Positions 55,433 through 64,000 of a DNA stretch of 64,000 nt are shown piece after piece. The position numbers and the translations under genes are program-made. The DNA is from Bdellovibrionales bacterium (lineage in GTDB: Bacteria; Bdellovibrionota; Bdellovibrionia; Bdellovibrionales; UBA1609): assembly GCA_965203225.1 (NCBI GenBank), contig CBDBBW010000006.1, positions 352,040 to 416,039 on the forward strand, written 5' to 3'. Within the stretch, counting starts at the first letter, position 1, and each line of letters starts with the position of its first letter. The notes beneath the pieces are model-generated. The model did not search any database. It was not told the origin of the DNA and saw only the letters and a program-made list of their open reading frames with translations.

Positions 55433-56656
55433 ATGAAAACGGTATCATTGAAAGAATTTACACAAGATAGAGAGAAGATTTCACCTTGGATTCAAAAAAG
55501 CGCGTTCAATCACTTCCGCACTTTAAGTGAACGAACCGGCACTGAAGTGTATCTGAAAATGGAAAATGAACAAAGGACAGGCAGTTTCAAAGTGCGGGGA
55601 GCTTTAAACAAGATTTTACATTTGAGCATGGAAGAAAAAAAAAGAGGACTTATTGCCTGCTCAGCCGGCAATCATGCTCAGGGAGTGGCTTATGCCGCTC
55701 AGTGCGTAAAAACCTCAGCTTTATTGGTGCTTCCTGAAAGCATTTCTATTGTCAAAGAGAAGGCCCTTCGTAATTATTCCGCTGAACTGATCTTGCATGG
55801 CAGAATATATGATGAAAGCTATTCCCATGCTCTCCAGCTTTCTAAAGAAACAAATAGAGTGTTCATTCACCCTTTTCAGGATCATAAAGTGATCGCCGGC
55901 CAGGGCAGTATTGGCTTGGAAATGCTGGAGCAGGAACCGGACCTGGATTCAGTCATTGTGCCAATCGGAGGCGGGGGATTAATCAGCGGCGTGGCTTGTG
56001 TGCTCAAACAAATTAAACCGAATTGCCGTGTTTACGGTGTAGTGTCCTCTTTGGCGCCGGCTATGGAGTATTTGTTTCACAAAAAAGCCTATGCTCCAGA
56101 ACGGCATTTTACCACCGGGGGGCTGGCAGACGGTATTATTGTAAAACAAGCCAGTCAGGAAATATTTGAAAATTACATTACCAAATATGTGGATGATGTG
56201 ATCAGCGTAACAGATGATGAAGTGGCCGAAGCCATTGTGCTTTTACTGGAAAGAGGAAAAACACTGGTGGAAGGGGCGGGAATTGTATCCGTAGCCGCTT
56301 TACTTAAACAAAAGAACAAATGGAATATTGGAAAAAAATGCGGACTTATCATTTCCGGAGGTAACATTGACTTGAATATCATTGCCCAAGTGATTGAGAG
56401 AGGTTTAAAAGCCACCGGAAGACTTGGAAGACTGTCCGTTTTGGTCAAGGATCAACCGGGCGCTTTGAGTCAAATCACGGATTTGTTATTTCGCGCAAAA
56501 TCCAATATTCTCTCCGTCCGGCATGAAAGAAATAATCCGCACCTGCCGCATGGCTTGGCTCAAATTGAACTGCTGATTGAAACAAGAGGCGCCGAACATT
56601 TGAAACAAATTCACTCCGCTTTAAAAAAATACACAACGAAGGAGAATCAGCTATGA
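55433..56656 (+). CDS. ilvA: threonine ammonia-lyase (short IlvA/TdcB type with one ACT-like domain)
   Basis: PLP-lysine motif GSFKVRGALNK, GGGGL loop, and a C-terminal regulatory domain. 407 aa. Confidence 0.85.
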   Translation: MKTVSLKEFTQDREKISPWIQKSAFNHFRTLSERTGTEVYLKMENEQRTGSFKVRGALNKILHLSMEEKKRGLIACSAGNHAQGVAYAAQCVKTSALLVLPESISIVKEKALRNYSAELILHGRIYDESYSHALQLSKETNRVFIHPFQDHKVIAGQGSIGLEMLEQEPDLDSVIVPIGGGGLISGVACVLKQIKPNCRVYGVVSSLAPAMEYLFHKKAYAPERHFTTGGLADGIIVKQASQEIFENYITKYVDDVISVTDDEVAEAIVLLLERGKTLVEGAGIVSVAALLKQKNKWNIGKKCGLIISGGNIDLNIIAQVIERGLKATGRLGRLSVLVKDQPGALSQITDLLFRAKSNILSVRHERNNPHLPHGLAQIELLIETRGAEHLKQIHSALKKYTTKENQL

Positions 56657-57744
56657 TCGCAAACCGGACCGGGAAAACAAAAACCTATATCCCCGGGCTA
56701 TCCATTGAAGAGGTTAAAAAAAAATATTCCCTGAAAACAGTATATAAAATGGCCAGTAATGAAAATCCCCTCCCTCCGCCTAAAGACCTTGTACAGGTTC
56801 TACAGGACAATTTGAAGAATATTTATCGCTATCCTTCTTATATACACCCGATGATAGAGGCAATCAGTCAATATTATCAGATACCACCTCAACAGATCAT
56901 AGTGGGCAATGGTTCCAGTGAATTGATTGACAAATTGACACACGCTTACGGTGGACCCGGCTCCGGGGTTTTAATATCGGAGAAATCCTTCCCGCTTTAT
57001 GATTTATGCGCACGGGCACATCATCTGTGTATATACAAAGCGCGCACAACACCGGATTTAAAAGTGAATATACAGGAAATGCTGTCCATAATTCAAAAAA
57101 ATAAAAATATTCGACTTGTTTTCATCAGCAACCCCAATAATCCCACAGGATCTTATGTGACCCGTTCCGAAATGGAGGCCCTGCTTTCCGAAACTCAGAA
57201 CAAAAACATATTAATTATTTTGGATGAAGCGTACTGGGGATATGTTCGGGCAGAAGATTTTCCAGATGCACTGACTTTAATGCAAAAATATCCGCATTTG
57301 GTTTTATTAAGATCCATGAGCAAAATCATGGGGCTGGCGGGGTTAAGAGCCGGTATTATGTTGGCACATCCCTCAGTGACGGAAAAAATAAAAAAAGTAA
57401 TTTATCCTTTTAATGTAAATATCATGGCGGTAAAAGCCCTCATATTCTGCCTGTCCGATCACCCTTCTATTAAAAAATATTTATCGGATTCAAAAAAACT
57501 GGTATGGAACAGCTTAGATTATTTTTATAGTGAATTAAAAAAAATGGATTTGGTGTTTTATCCGTCTCAGGGAAATTTTTTGCTTTTCTCCACCGGTCGG
57601 CCATCCGCCTTTTCCGCTTTATTAGAGAAAGGTTTGATTTTACGCTCTTTAAATAACCCGGGCCTGGAAAATCATCTGAGGATGAGTGTGGGCCTGGAGC
57701 ACGAAAACAAAAAAGCGATAGAATTAATAAAGGAAATCTGTTGA
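56653..57744 (+). CDS. hisC: histidinol-phosphate aminotransferase
   Basis: Class II aminotransferase. NPNNPTG, and RSMSKIMGLAGLRAG with the PLP lysine. Overlaps the ilvA stop. Confidence 0.8.
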   Translation: MIANRTGKTKTYIPGLSIEEVKKKYSLKTVYKMASNENPLPPPKDLVQVLQDNLKNIYRYPSYIHPMIEAISQYYQIPPQQIIVGNGSSELIDKLTHAYGGPGSGVLISEKSFPLYDLCARAHHLCIYKARTTPDLKVNIQEMLSIIQKNKNIRLVFISNPNNPTGSYVTRSEMEALLSETQNKNILIILDEAYWGYVRAEDFPDALTLMQKYPHLVLLRSMSKIMGLAGLRAGIMLAHPSVTEKIKKVIYPFNVNIMAVKALIFCLSDHPSIKKYLSDSKKLVWNSLDYFYSELKKMDLVFYPSQGNFLLFSTGRPSAFSALLEKGLILRSLNNPGLENHLRMSVGLEHENKKAIELIKEIC

Positions 57745-58433
57745 TGAGTTTAAAAAAAAAGAATTTTCTGATTACGGTGGACGGCCCTGCGGCCTCCGGA
57801 AAAAGTTCACTCAGCCGCTCTCTTTCTAAGAGAATGTCCTGGCAATGGCTTTCCACAGGAGTGTTTTATCGAGGGATAGCCTACCTGGCTATCTTAAAAA
57901 ATGCAAAAACAGAAAACGAAATAGTCTATTTGATTAACGCGGAAAACTGGTGTGTTCGTCTCGATGACGACCAAACCACTTTTATACATAGAGGGCGGGA
58001 TATAACTCAAGAAGCGGTATATACGGAACAGGTGGATGAACTGGCCTCTACCCTGGCCAGTTTCCCCTTAGTCAGAAAAGCTCTCCTGTCCCACCAAAGG
58101 GATTGTTTTCAACACAATCCCCGAGGATTGGTAGCTGAGGGTAGAGACTGCGGAACTGTGGTGTTTCCGTTTGCCGGCTTGAAAATTTACCTGAAAGCGG
58201 CAGATCATATTCGAGCAATGAGAAGAGCGGACCAAAGAGGCTCCCTGCCTGTGGATGATGTGATTACATTGCAGAAAAAAAGAGATGAGCAGGATATCAG
58301 CCGCGCGGACAGCCCTCTTCGTCAGCCGGAAGGCGCTTTTATCATTGACACCGATACCTGCAATTTCAATGAAATGGTTGAAAAAGCTTATAAAAAATCA
58401 TACGAATTATTTTATTCGAATTCCAATGAATGA
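57741..58433 (+). CDS. cmk: cytidylate kinase
   Basis: P-loop ITVDGPAASGKSS..., ~230 aa, typical Cmk layout. Confidence 0.9.
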   Translation: MMSLKKKNFLITVDGPAASGKSSLSRSLSKRMSWQWLSTGVFYRGIAYLAILKNAKTENEIVYLINAENWCVRLDDDQTTFIHRGRDITQEAVYTEQVDELASTLASFPLVRKALLSHQRDCFQHNPRGLVAEGRDCGTVVFPFAGLKIYLKAADHIRAMRRADQRGSLPVDDVITLQKKRDEQDISRADSPLRQPEGAFIIDTDTCNFNEMVEKAYKKSYELFYSNSNE

Positions 58434-58463
58434 AAGCAGATAACATAATGCCCATGACCCTTA

Positions 58464-58484
58464 GCCAATCTTTTGGCCTTTTTT
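58464..58484 (+). terminator. weak rho-independent terminator candidate after cmk
   Basis: gccaa-tctt-ttggc stem-loop (58464-58477) followed by c+T6. Confidence 0.3.
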
Positions 58485-58747
58485 CCACATTTTAGAGATT
58501 TTTTTCTATAAAACAACCCTTTAATTATAAGGAAAAAGCAACTATTCAAAAAAATTGAATAGTTCGACATTAAGGACGCCTCTCTATAAAATGGAGGCTT
58601 TTTCTTTTATTCAATTCTATTAAAGCTTCCCTTTCGGTTTGCTTGCTTTCCTCTCTATTGTTTTTACACTTTGGTTGCTCTGCTTTGACCGGACAATTCT
58701 TCAAATTGTCCTCAAGAAAAAAAATGGTTCCCTCATTCGCTGACGCT

Positions 58748-61489
58748 TTAGTTTCCGCCCAATATCTCAGCTATTATTCTATGAACTTGGCCGCCGGTGG
58801 AGTCCTGAGAGATTTTAAAATGCCAATTTTGTTTCAAATCTTCTGAAACAGCTTTGCACCAATTTTTCATAAAATCCCATTTCTGAATATCTCTTTTCTT
58901 TTTAATTCCTTTCACTTCAAGTATTAAATGATCTCCATTGAACAGCTTTACAATAAAGTCCGGTGTGTAATTTCTCATTTTGCCTTTCTCATCTATATAA
59001 TCAATGTTAAATCCAAGGTGATCATTTTTTACCCATGCAAAAACTTCCGTGTTCTTATCCAATTCCCTGGCATGAGTGTATTCCCAAGAGCTATCTACTA
59101 CGCATTGGTTCATGTGAGTTTTTTTGAAAATAGCTGTCTTCTTTTTTGTCCACCATTCCTGAATCTCACTTGTGGAGGAAAACTGAGAGTTTTCATTATA
59201 TATGACAGATAATTCTTCAATAGAATATTTTTGTATTAAGTTAAAAACTTTATTTACAATTTCATGCATTTTTATCATTACAATCAGGTCTTTTCTTTCT
59301 TTTTCATAACTTGGTTTTATTCTGAACTTTGAAGAATTTATAAATTGCTCTACAAGTTGAAAAATCATTTTAATAGCATAATGTTTTAAAATTCCTTTTT
59401 TCCATTCAAGTTGGCTTTTATCATAAATTTGGGCTGTAATTCTCAACATCAAAGTTTGCATCCTGTCAGGCTGATACTCTTTTTCAAAAAATTCCTGAAG
59501 ACTTGTAATTTCTATATTTGCATAGCTTCGTTTCCCGTCAATCACGGGAGCTAATTCCTGGATTTTTGGAATACTGGAAACATCAACTGTAAATACAGGC
59601 ATGGATTTAAAATCAATTCTTAATTCCGGCCTTAGTTGATAATCTATTCTCTCTACATTAGGCCATGTTATTGCATATTGAGATTTTTCCTTTTCAGGAA
59701 AAATGCAATTTCTTGGAATTTCCTCTTTTTTGCCTGTGTCACTGCCTTCTTGAGGAAGATAAGCAAAAGGAACACCAAGAACATTGACATATTCTGATTC
59801 AAACATTCCATTCTCGTTCAACTCGTAAGACATTCGTCTTAAGCCTCTTCCAATAGTCTGTTCACAAAGCAACTGACTGCTGAAAGCCCTTAGCCCCATG
59901 ATATGGCTTACTGTTTGACAATTCCAACCTTCAGACAACATAGCAACAGAAATAATATGATGTATATATTGTCCACCAGACTTGATTTTTCCGACAACAG
60001 CAAGTCTATCCCGTGTGGCTTCATCCTCTTCCATTCCTGAATAAATTTTTAACATTTTTTCTGAACCTTTAAATATCTCAGGAGCAGGAATATCATTATT
60101 GTTAAAGCTGTATTCCACTCTGTCCGCTGTCTCTTTTCTGTTTACAATGGAAATCATTACAGGAGGACAAAACTCTTTTGAATTTTTACAATTCTCTTTC
60201 CAATCATCATACTTTTTGCTCCAACTGTGTGAAAGATGTGTATAAGCCATTTTTACTATGTCTGGTAAAGACTCTGTTTCTTTTGCTTTTCTATTCAAGT
60301 CAGGCTTCACTTCCTCATTTTCGTAAATATGATAAAGTTTGGGCTTTAAATGTTTGGCATCGGCTGAAGCATCATCACCTACTGCAAATTTTGGAGTTTT
60401 AACAAGCCCGGATTCAATAGCATCAGTCAGTCCAAAATCACTGATAATCCATTCAAATAAATTTCTCTCATCTGCTGTTTTTCCTGTTGGGGCATAAGGA
60501 GTGGCGGAAAAATCAAATATCCGGTTGATGCCAATTTTCCTATTGATGCGATCCAAGCCTTCAATCCATTTTGTTGCTTTTTCTATATCTTCTTTCGTCA
60601 AGTCATCCGTTTTTTTTATTTTCATTTCTGAACGATACCGCCAGGCATGGTGAGCTTCATCATTTAAAACAACAATGTTTTTTGATGTAGCTAAATCTTC
60701 CAACACTTCTCTTGTATAAGCATAGTCGCTTTTAACACCTCTTTTGTCCAGGCCTTTTCTTTTCTCTATTTGTTCTTCCGTTTCCCATTGAAGCTGATGC
60801 CAGTTTTTTATCAGCACTTTACCCTGTCTGAATTTTTCCTGCCATTCATTTGGTATAATTTTATATTCTCTGTAATAATTACTTTCTGATGATATGTCTA
60901 AAACACGCAGTCTTTCCTTAACTGTCAAATTAGGAGCAACAATAAATATGTTCTTAGAAAATCTTGTGTCTCTTGGATAAGCGACCTTATTAAGAATTTG
61001 CCAGGCAATGGTCATAGCCATAACGACTGTTTTCCCTGTCCCTGTGGCCATTTTACAGCAAAGCCTATCTAATTTTTCATCTTTGGGTATTTTAAGCCCC
61101 TGTCTGAAAGCATCCCTGGCTTCTGTAAGAAAAATAAGGGTTTCAATAGCTTCCAACTGACAGAAAAAGAAATCATATTTTCTTCCTGAATCTTCTGATT
61201 TTGTATTCCAAAATTCCAGTAACCTTCTGGTGACTCCTGTTATTCCTGAATAGTCGTCTTTTTTCCATTTTTGCATTCTTTCTCTTATTCCATTCACAAG
61301 TGGAATTTCTTTAACTATTCCATACTCGTCATAAGATTTGTGTTTGGAACTGGCTATAATATAACTGGCCGGTCTTCTGCCTTGTTTAAGGACAAATTCT
61401 TTTATTGTTTTGTCAAATTTCCAATGTTGATTGGGTTCTTTAAAAGGGGAATTGATTATAAGTTGTTTAATGGGTTTTGGTGAGGACAT
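58748..61489 (-). CDS. res: type III restriction enzyme Res subunit (SF2 helicase + C-terminal PD-(D/E)xK nuclease)
   Basis: Motif I KMATGTGKT, motif II VLNDEAHHAW (DEAH), a later SEGWN..Q.IGRGLRR region, and a C-terminal ..YTPDFIV..LILEVKG nuclease-like motif. It starts 5 bp after mod. Confidence 0.85.
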   Translation of the reverse strand: MSSPKPIKQLIINSPFKEPNQHWKFDKTIKEFVLKQGRRPASYIIASSKHKSYDEYGIVKEIPLVNGIRERMQKWKKDDYSGITGVTRRLLEFWNTKSEDSGRKYDFFFCQLEAIETLIFLTEARDAFRQGLKIPKDEKLDRLCCKMATGTGKTVVMAMTIAWQILNKVAYPRDTRFSKNIFIVAPNLTVKERLRVLDISSESNYYREYKIIPNEWQEKFRQGKVLIKNWHQLQWETEEQIEKRKGLDKRGVKSDYAYTREVLEDLATSKNIVVLNDEAHHAWRYRSEMKIKKTDDLTKEDIEKATKWIEGLDRINRKIGINRIFDFSATPYAPTGKTADERNLFEWIISDFGLTDAIESGLVKTPKFAVGDDASADAKHLKPKLYHIYENEEVKPDLNRKAKETESLPDIVKMAYTHLSHSWSKKYDDWKENCKNSKEFCPPVMISIVNRKETADRVEYSFNNNDIPAPEIFKGSEKMLKIYSGMEEDEATRDRLAVVGKIKSGGQYIHHIISVAMLSEGWNCQTVSHIMGLRAFSSQLLCEQTIGRGLRRMSYELNENGMFESEYVNVLGVPFAYLPQEGSDTGKKEEIPRNCIFPEKEKSQYAITWPNVERIDYQLRPELRIDFKSMPVFTVDVSSIPKIQELAPVIDGKRSYANIEITSLQEFFEKEYQPDRMQTLMLRITAQIYDKSQLEWKKGILKHYAIKMIFQLVEQFINSSKFRIKPSYEKERKDLIVMIKMHEIVNKVFNLIQKYSIEELSVIYNENSQFSSTSEIQEWWTKKKTAIFKKTHMNQCVVDSSWEYTHARELDKNTEVFAWVKNDHLGFNIDYIDEKGKMRNYTPDFIVKLFNGDHLILEVKGIKKKRDIQKWDFMKNWCKAVSEDLKQNWHFKISQDSTGGQVHRIIAEILGGN

Positions 61490-61494
61490 ACAAT

Positions 61495-64000
61495 TTAATC
61501 CAATGTTTTGATAATCAGGCTTTCAATGCCTCTGTCATCAATAATTTTTATGGCAATTTTTTTATAATTTTCCGCTTTAAAAGAAATAGACTCTGTTCCT
61601 TTAAATTTATCCATCAACTCTAAGTTCAATTCTGATTTTAAACTTTTTTTTAACTTTTCCCAGCCGTCTTTGTTTCCTGAAAGAGGGAAAAATACCTGTC
61701 TGGGATATAAAGACCTTTCATCATAATTAGTATCCAACATCCATATTGCAATTTTGTCTTTGCCGCCTTTTTCAAGTTCATTTGTTTTTGTGTTGTAATA
61801 GTCAAAGCCCTGAATGCTAACAGTATATTTTCCTTTATGATCCCCTTTAGTGATTTTTTGAACTTTAACATCAGGCTGGCCGACCAGCCAAAAGCTTTCC
61901 CCTTTTGTGTTCTTTTTTAGATCATGGGTTAAAAGATCACTGTTCATTTGAACTTTTAAAACTTTTGTCCATTTTAAATCCAGTTCGTCAACATCTTTGC
62001 CAGCTTCAGGATCAAATTGAAAGGCACAAAAAATTATAATGTCAGGCCGAAACTGCTTTGCTTCTTTTAAAGCTTCTTCTACTTGCCTTTGCTCTAAGGG
62101 AGCAAACTCTGAACCAAAACAAACAATAGCTCTTTTTCCAGTTTCTTTTATTTCCCCTTCACCATAAATATATTGAGTGTCACTGATCATTTCTAATCTT
62201 GTAAATTCAATATCTTTGCTTAATCCTTTTTTCCCTTTTATTCCATGCTCTTTAAGTGCATGAAACCAATCCTGTTTTACAAAGCTGTTTGCTCCATTTA
62301 ACATTTCCCCTGATAAAGTTTCCACTTTAACAGCGGGGATTGCTTCAACAGTAAAAGGGCCGGAAACTCGGAATTTGCTTCTGTCTATATGAGGCTGATC
62401 GACTAATTTTTCTTTGGGAGCATGACGGGCTATAACTGACTCTATTTCTTGTTTTGTCATGCCTTCTCTTATGTCTGGGTTATTAGCAATGGACTTTAAA
62501 GTGATATGAGGAACTTCTTTATATTTAAACCCTCCACTGACACCTTGTTTGTCGTCCGTTAATTCATAGTAGTCAAAGTTGGCTGTCATAAGCCTTTGCT
62601 TTGCAAGAGCAATGGCTACACGGGAAGTGTCACAAGTAATCCACCGGCGCCCCCATTTTTCAGCAACATAAGCTGTTGTGCCACTACCGCAAGTAGGGTC
62701 TAAAACTAAGTCCCCTGGGTCTGTGGTCATTAAAAGACATCTTTGGATGACTTTATCAGATGTTTGAACAACATATTTTTTATCAAAAACTCCAGCGGTA
62801 TCAGACCAAGGATTTGTCAACTTGGAAAATGGAAAATCATTATAATATAAAATATACCCTGGCAAACTTCCTTCAACCTGCAAACGATTTTGTTTAGCTA
62901 ATATATTCATCTTTTCAAGAGTTGTAACCCAACATTGTCCTTTAGATGGGCAATATACTTTACCTTTAAATTCAAAATCATAAACAGACCTTTCAGAATA
63001 TGAAGGGGCTAATTGAGACACGATCCTATAAACTCTTCCTCCTTTAGGAAGAGAGGCAAAACCTGTTCTTTCTTCCTTAGTTAATTTGCGTCTTGTTCCA
63101 TCTGCAAATTCTATAAACTTCCACATACCTTTAAGGTTAGGAAAAGTATGTATGTATAATTGATTATATTTTACTATTTTTTTATCTCTTGAATACCAAA
63201 GTAAATAGTCGCACATACTTTCAATAGTCTTACTACCTAAAGGCATTAACTTTTTACGGAATGGTATCAATGCAACAAAATTTTCCACTCCAAAAACTTC
63301 ATCCATTAAATTGCGAACAAGATGCACATTTTCATCAGAAATTTGAACAAAGCAAGAACCACTTTCTGTAAGCAATTCCTTAGCCAAAAACAATCTGTCT
63401 CTCAAGTAAGTTAAATAAGAATGAATCCCAAGCTCCCAAGTGTCCCGAAAGGCTTTTATCATTTCCGGTTCGGCAGTCAGGTCTTCATCTTTTTTGTCTT
63501 TTACATCCCTTTTATTTATAAAAGGCTGAAAGTTAGAACCATATTTAATCCCATAAGGAGGATCAATATAAATACACTGAACTTTGCCTGCCATCCCCTC
63601 TTTTTGAAGGAGAGAGTTCATCACTAAAAGAGAGTCGCCCGCAATCAAACGATTGCTCCAAAGTTTTTCGTGTTTATAAAATTCAATCTCTTTTTCTAAT
63701 GGTCTTCTTTCAGTAGGATCATGGAATAAAGACATTTGTTCATAATCTACAGAATTTCTTGTTCTGACAGTTTCAATGATGCTCCTTGGATCTATTTTTT
63801 CGTGAATATGTAAAGGAACAGTCGGGACTTCAAAAGACAGCCTTTCTGCTCTGCCAGCCCATTGAAGTTCAGGGTCTATATTAGGATCATATTTGTATTT
63901 CTTTGTCTTAACTTTTGGATTGTCTGTTTCAGAAGTAACAGCTCCCACTTGAGGATTATTCTTCCTCTTTTGAGTTTTATGTTTATAAATTTCTATAGAT
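61495..64000 (-). CDS. mod: type III DNA methyltransferase Mod subunit (beta-class N6A/N4C), possibly 5'-partial
   Basis: Motif IV IYIDPPYG precedes motif I VLDPTCGSGTT (beta order). The listed GTG start (63948) is doubtful because the frame stays open to the window end. Confidence 0.85.
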   Translation of the reverse strand, partial: SIEIYKHKTQKRKNNPQVGAVTSETDNPKVKTKKYKYDPNIDPELQWAGRAERLSFEVPTVPLHIHEKIDPRSIIETVRTRNSVDYEQMSLFHDPTERRPLEKEIEFYKHEKLWSNRLIAGDSLLVMNSLLQKEGMAGKVQCIYIDPPYGIKYGSNFQPFINKRDVKDKKDEDLTAEPEMIKAFRDTWELGIHSYLTYLRDRLFLAKELLTESGSCFVQISDENVHLVRNLMDEVFGVENFVALIPFRKKLMPLGSKTIESMCDYLLWYSRDKKIVKYNQLYIHTFPNLKGMWKFIEFADGTRRKLTKEERTGFASLPKGGRVYRIVSQLAPSYSERSVYDFEFKGKVYCPSKGQCWVTTLEKMNILAKQNRLQVEGSLPGYILYYNDFPFSKLTNPWSDTAGVFDKKYVVQTSDKVIQRCLLMTTDPGDLVLDPTCGSGTTAYVAEKWGRRWITCDTSRVAIALAKQRLMTANFDYYELTDDKQGVSGGFKYKEVPHITLKSIANNPDIREGMTKQEIESVIARHAPKEKLVDQPHIDRSKFRVSGPFTVEAIPAVKVETLSGEMLNGANSFVKQDWFHALKEHGIKGKKGLSKDIEFTRLEMISDTQYIYGEGEIKETGKRAIVCFGSEFAPLEQRQVEEALKEAKQFRPDIIIFCAFQFDPEAGKDVDELDLKWTKVLKVQMNSDLLTHDLKKNTKGESFWLVGQPDVKVQKITKGDHKGKYTVSIQGFDYYNTKTNELEKGGKDKIAIWMLDTNYDERSLYPRQVFFPLSGNKDGWEKLKKSLKSELNLELMDKFKGTESISFKAENYKKIAIKIIDDRGIESLIIKTLD

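Overview
This is a 64-kb chromosomal window from an AT-rich Gram-negative bacterium. Gene content (alternative complex III, an MJ0042-type zinc-ribbon protein, Lnt, many lipoproteins) suggests a Bdellovibrionota/Oligoflexia-like or deltaproteobacterial-type lineage, but that is inference only.

Most of the window is housekeeping: tyrS, an Fdx-type ferredoxin, an acyl-CoA dehydrogenase, the str operon (rpsL-rpsG-fusA), a beta-oxidation cluster, maeB, a complete actABCDEF alternative complex III operon, uvrA, folE2, lnt, an ABC-2 exporter, trhO, one tRNA(CAU), dacB, a peptide-binding SBP, rpsP-KH-rimM, tpiA, ilvA, hisC and cmk. An AT-rich type III restriction-modification pair sits at the right edge.

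Four things are not ordinary:
1. An ~8-kb tandem array (4.1-12.2 kb) of paralogous ankyrin-repeat gene cassettes. They share a conserved N-terminal secretion leader, conserved upstream and downstream DNA, and a stop codon made by a frameshifted ANK unit. One member is a split giant with an unrecognised ~490-aa domain, and a bioA relic is embedded in the array.
2. A striking set of intergenic tandem arrays. These include a perfect 31-bp x ~19 array of phased 10-bp palindromes inside the ABC exporter operon, and a 68-bp x ~4.6 array of promoter-like modules ending in a perfect TTGACA-N17-TATAAT. There is also a 105-bp array and several duplications of gene 3' ends.
3. A 471-bp IS1-family relic with 24-bp terminal inverted repeats and an 8-bp target duplication, inserted into the 105-bp array.
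4. Apparent pseudoenzymes or trimmed enzymes: a FadI-like thiolase lacking all catalytic residues, an LspA-like fusion, and a UvrA without the insertion domain.

No CRISPR array, rRNA or prophage was seen. My best candidates for new biology are the secreted ankyrin cassette array and the phased palindrome array.
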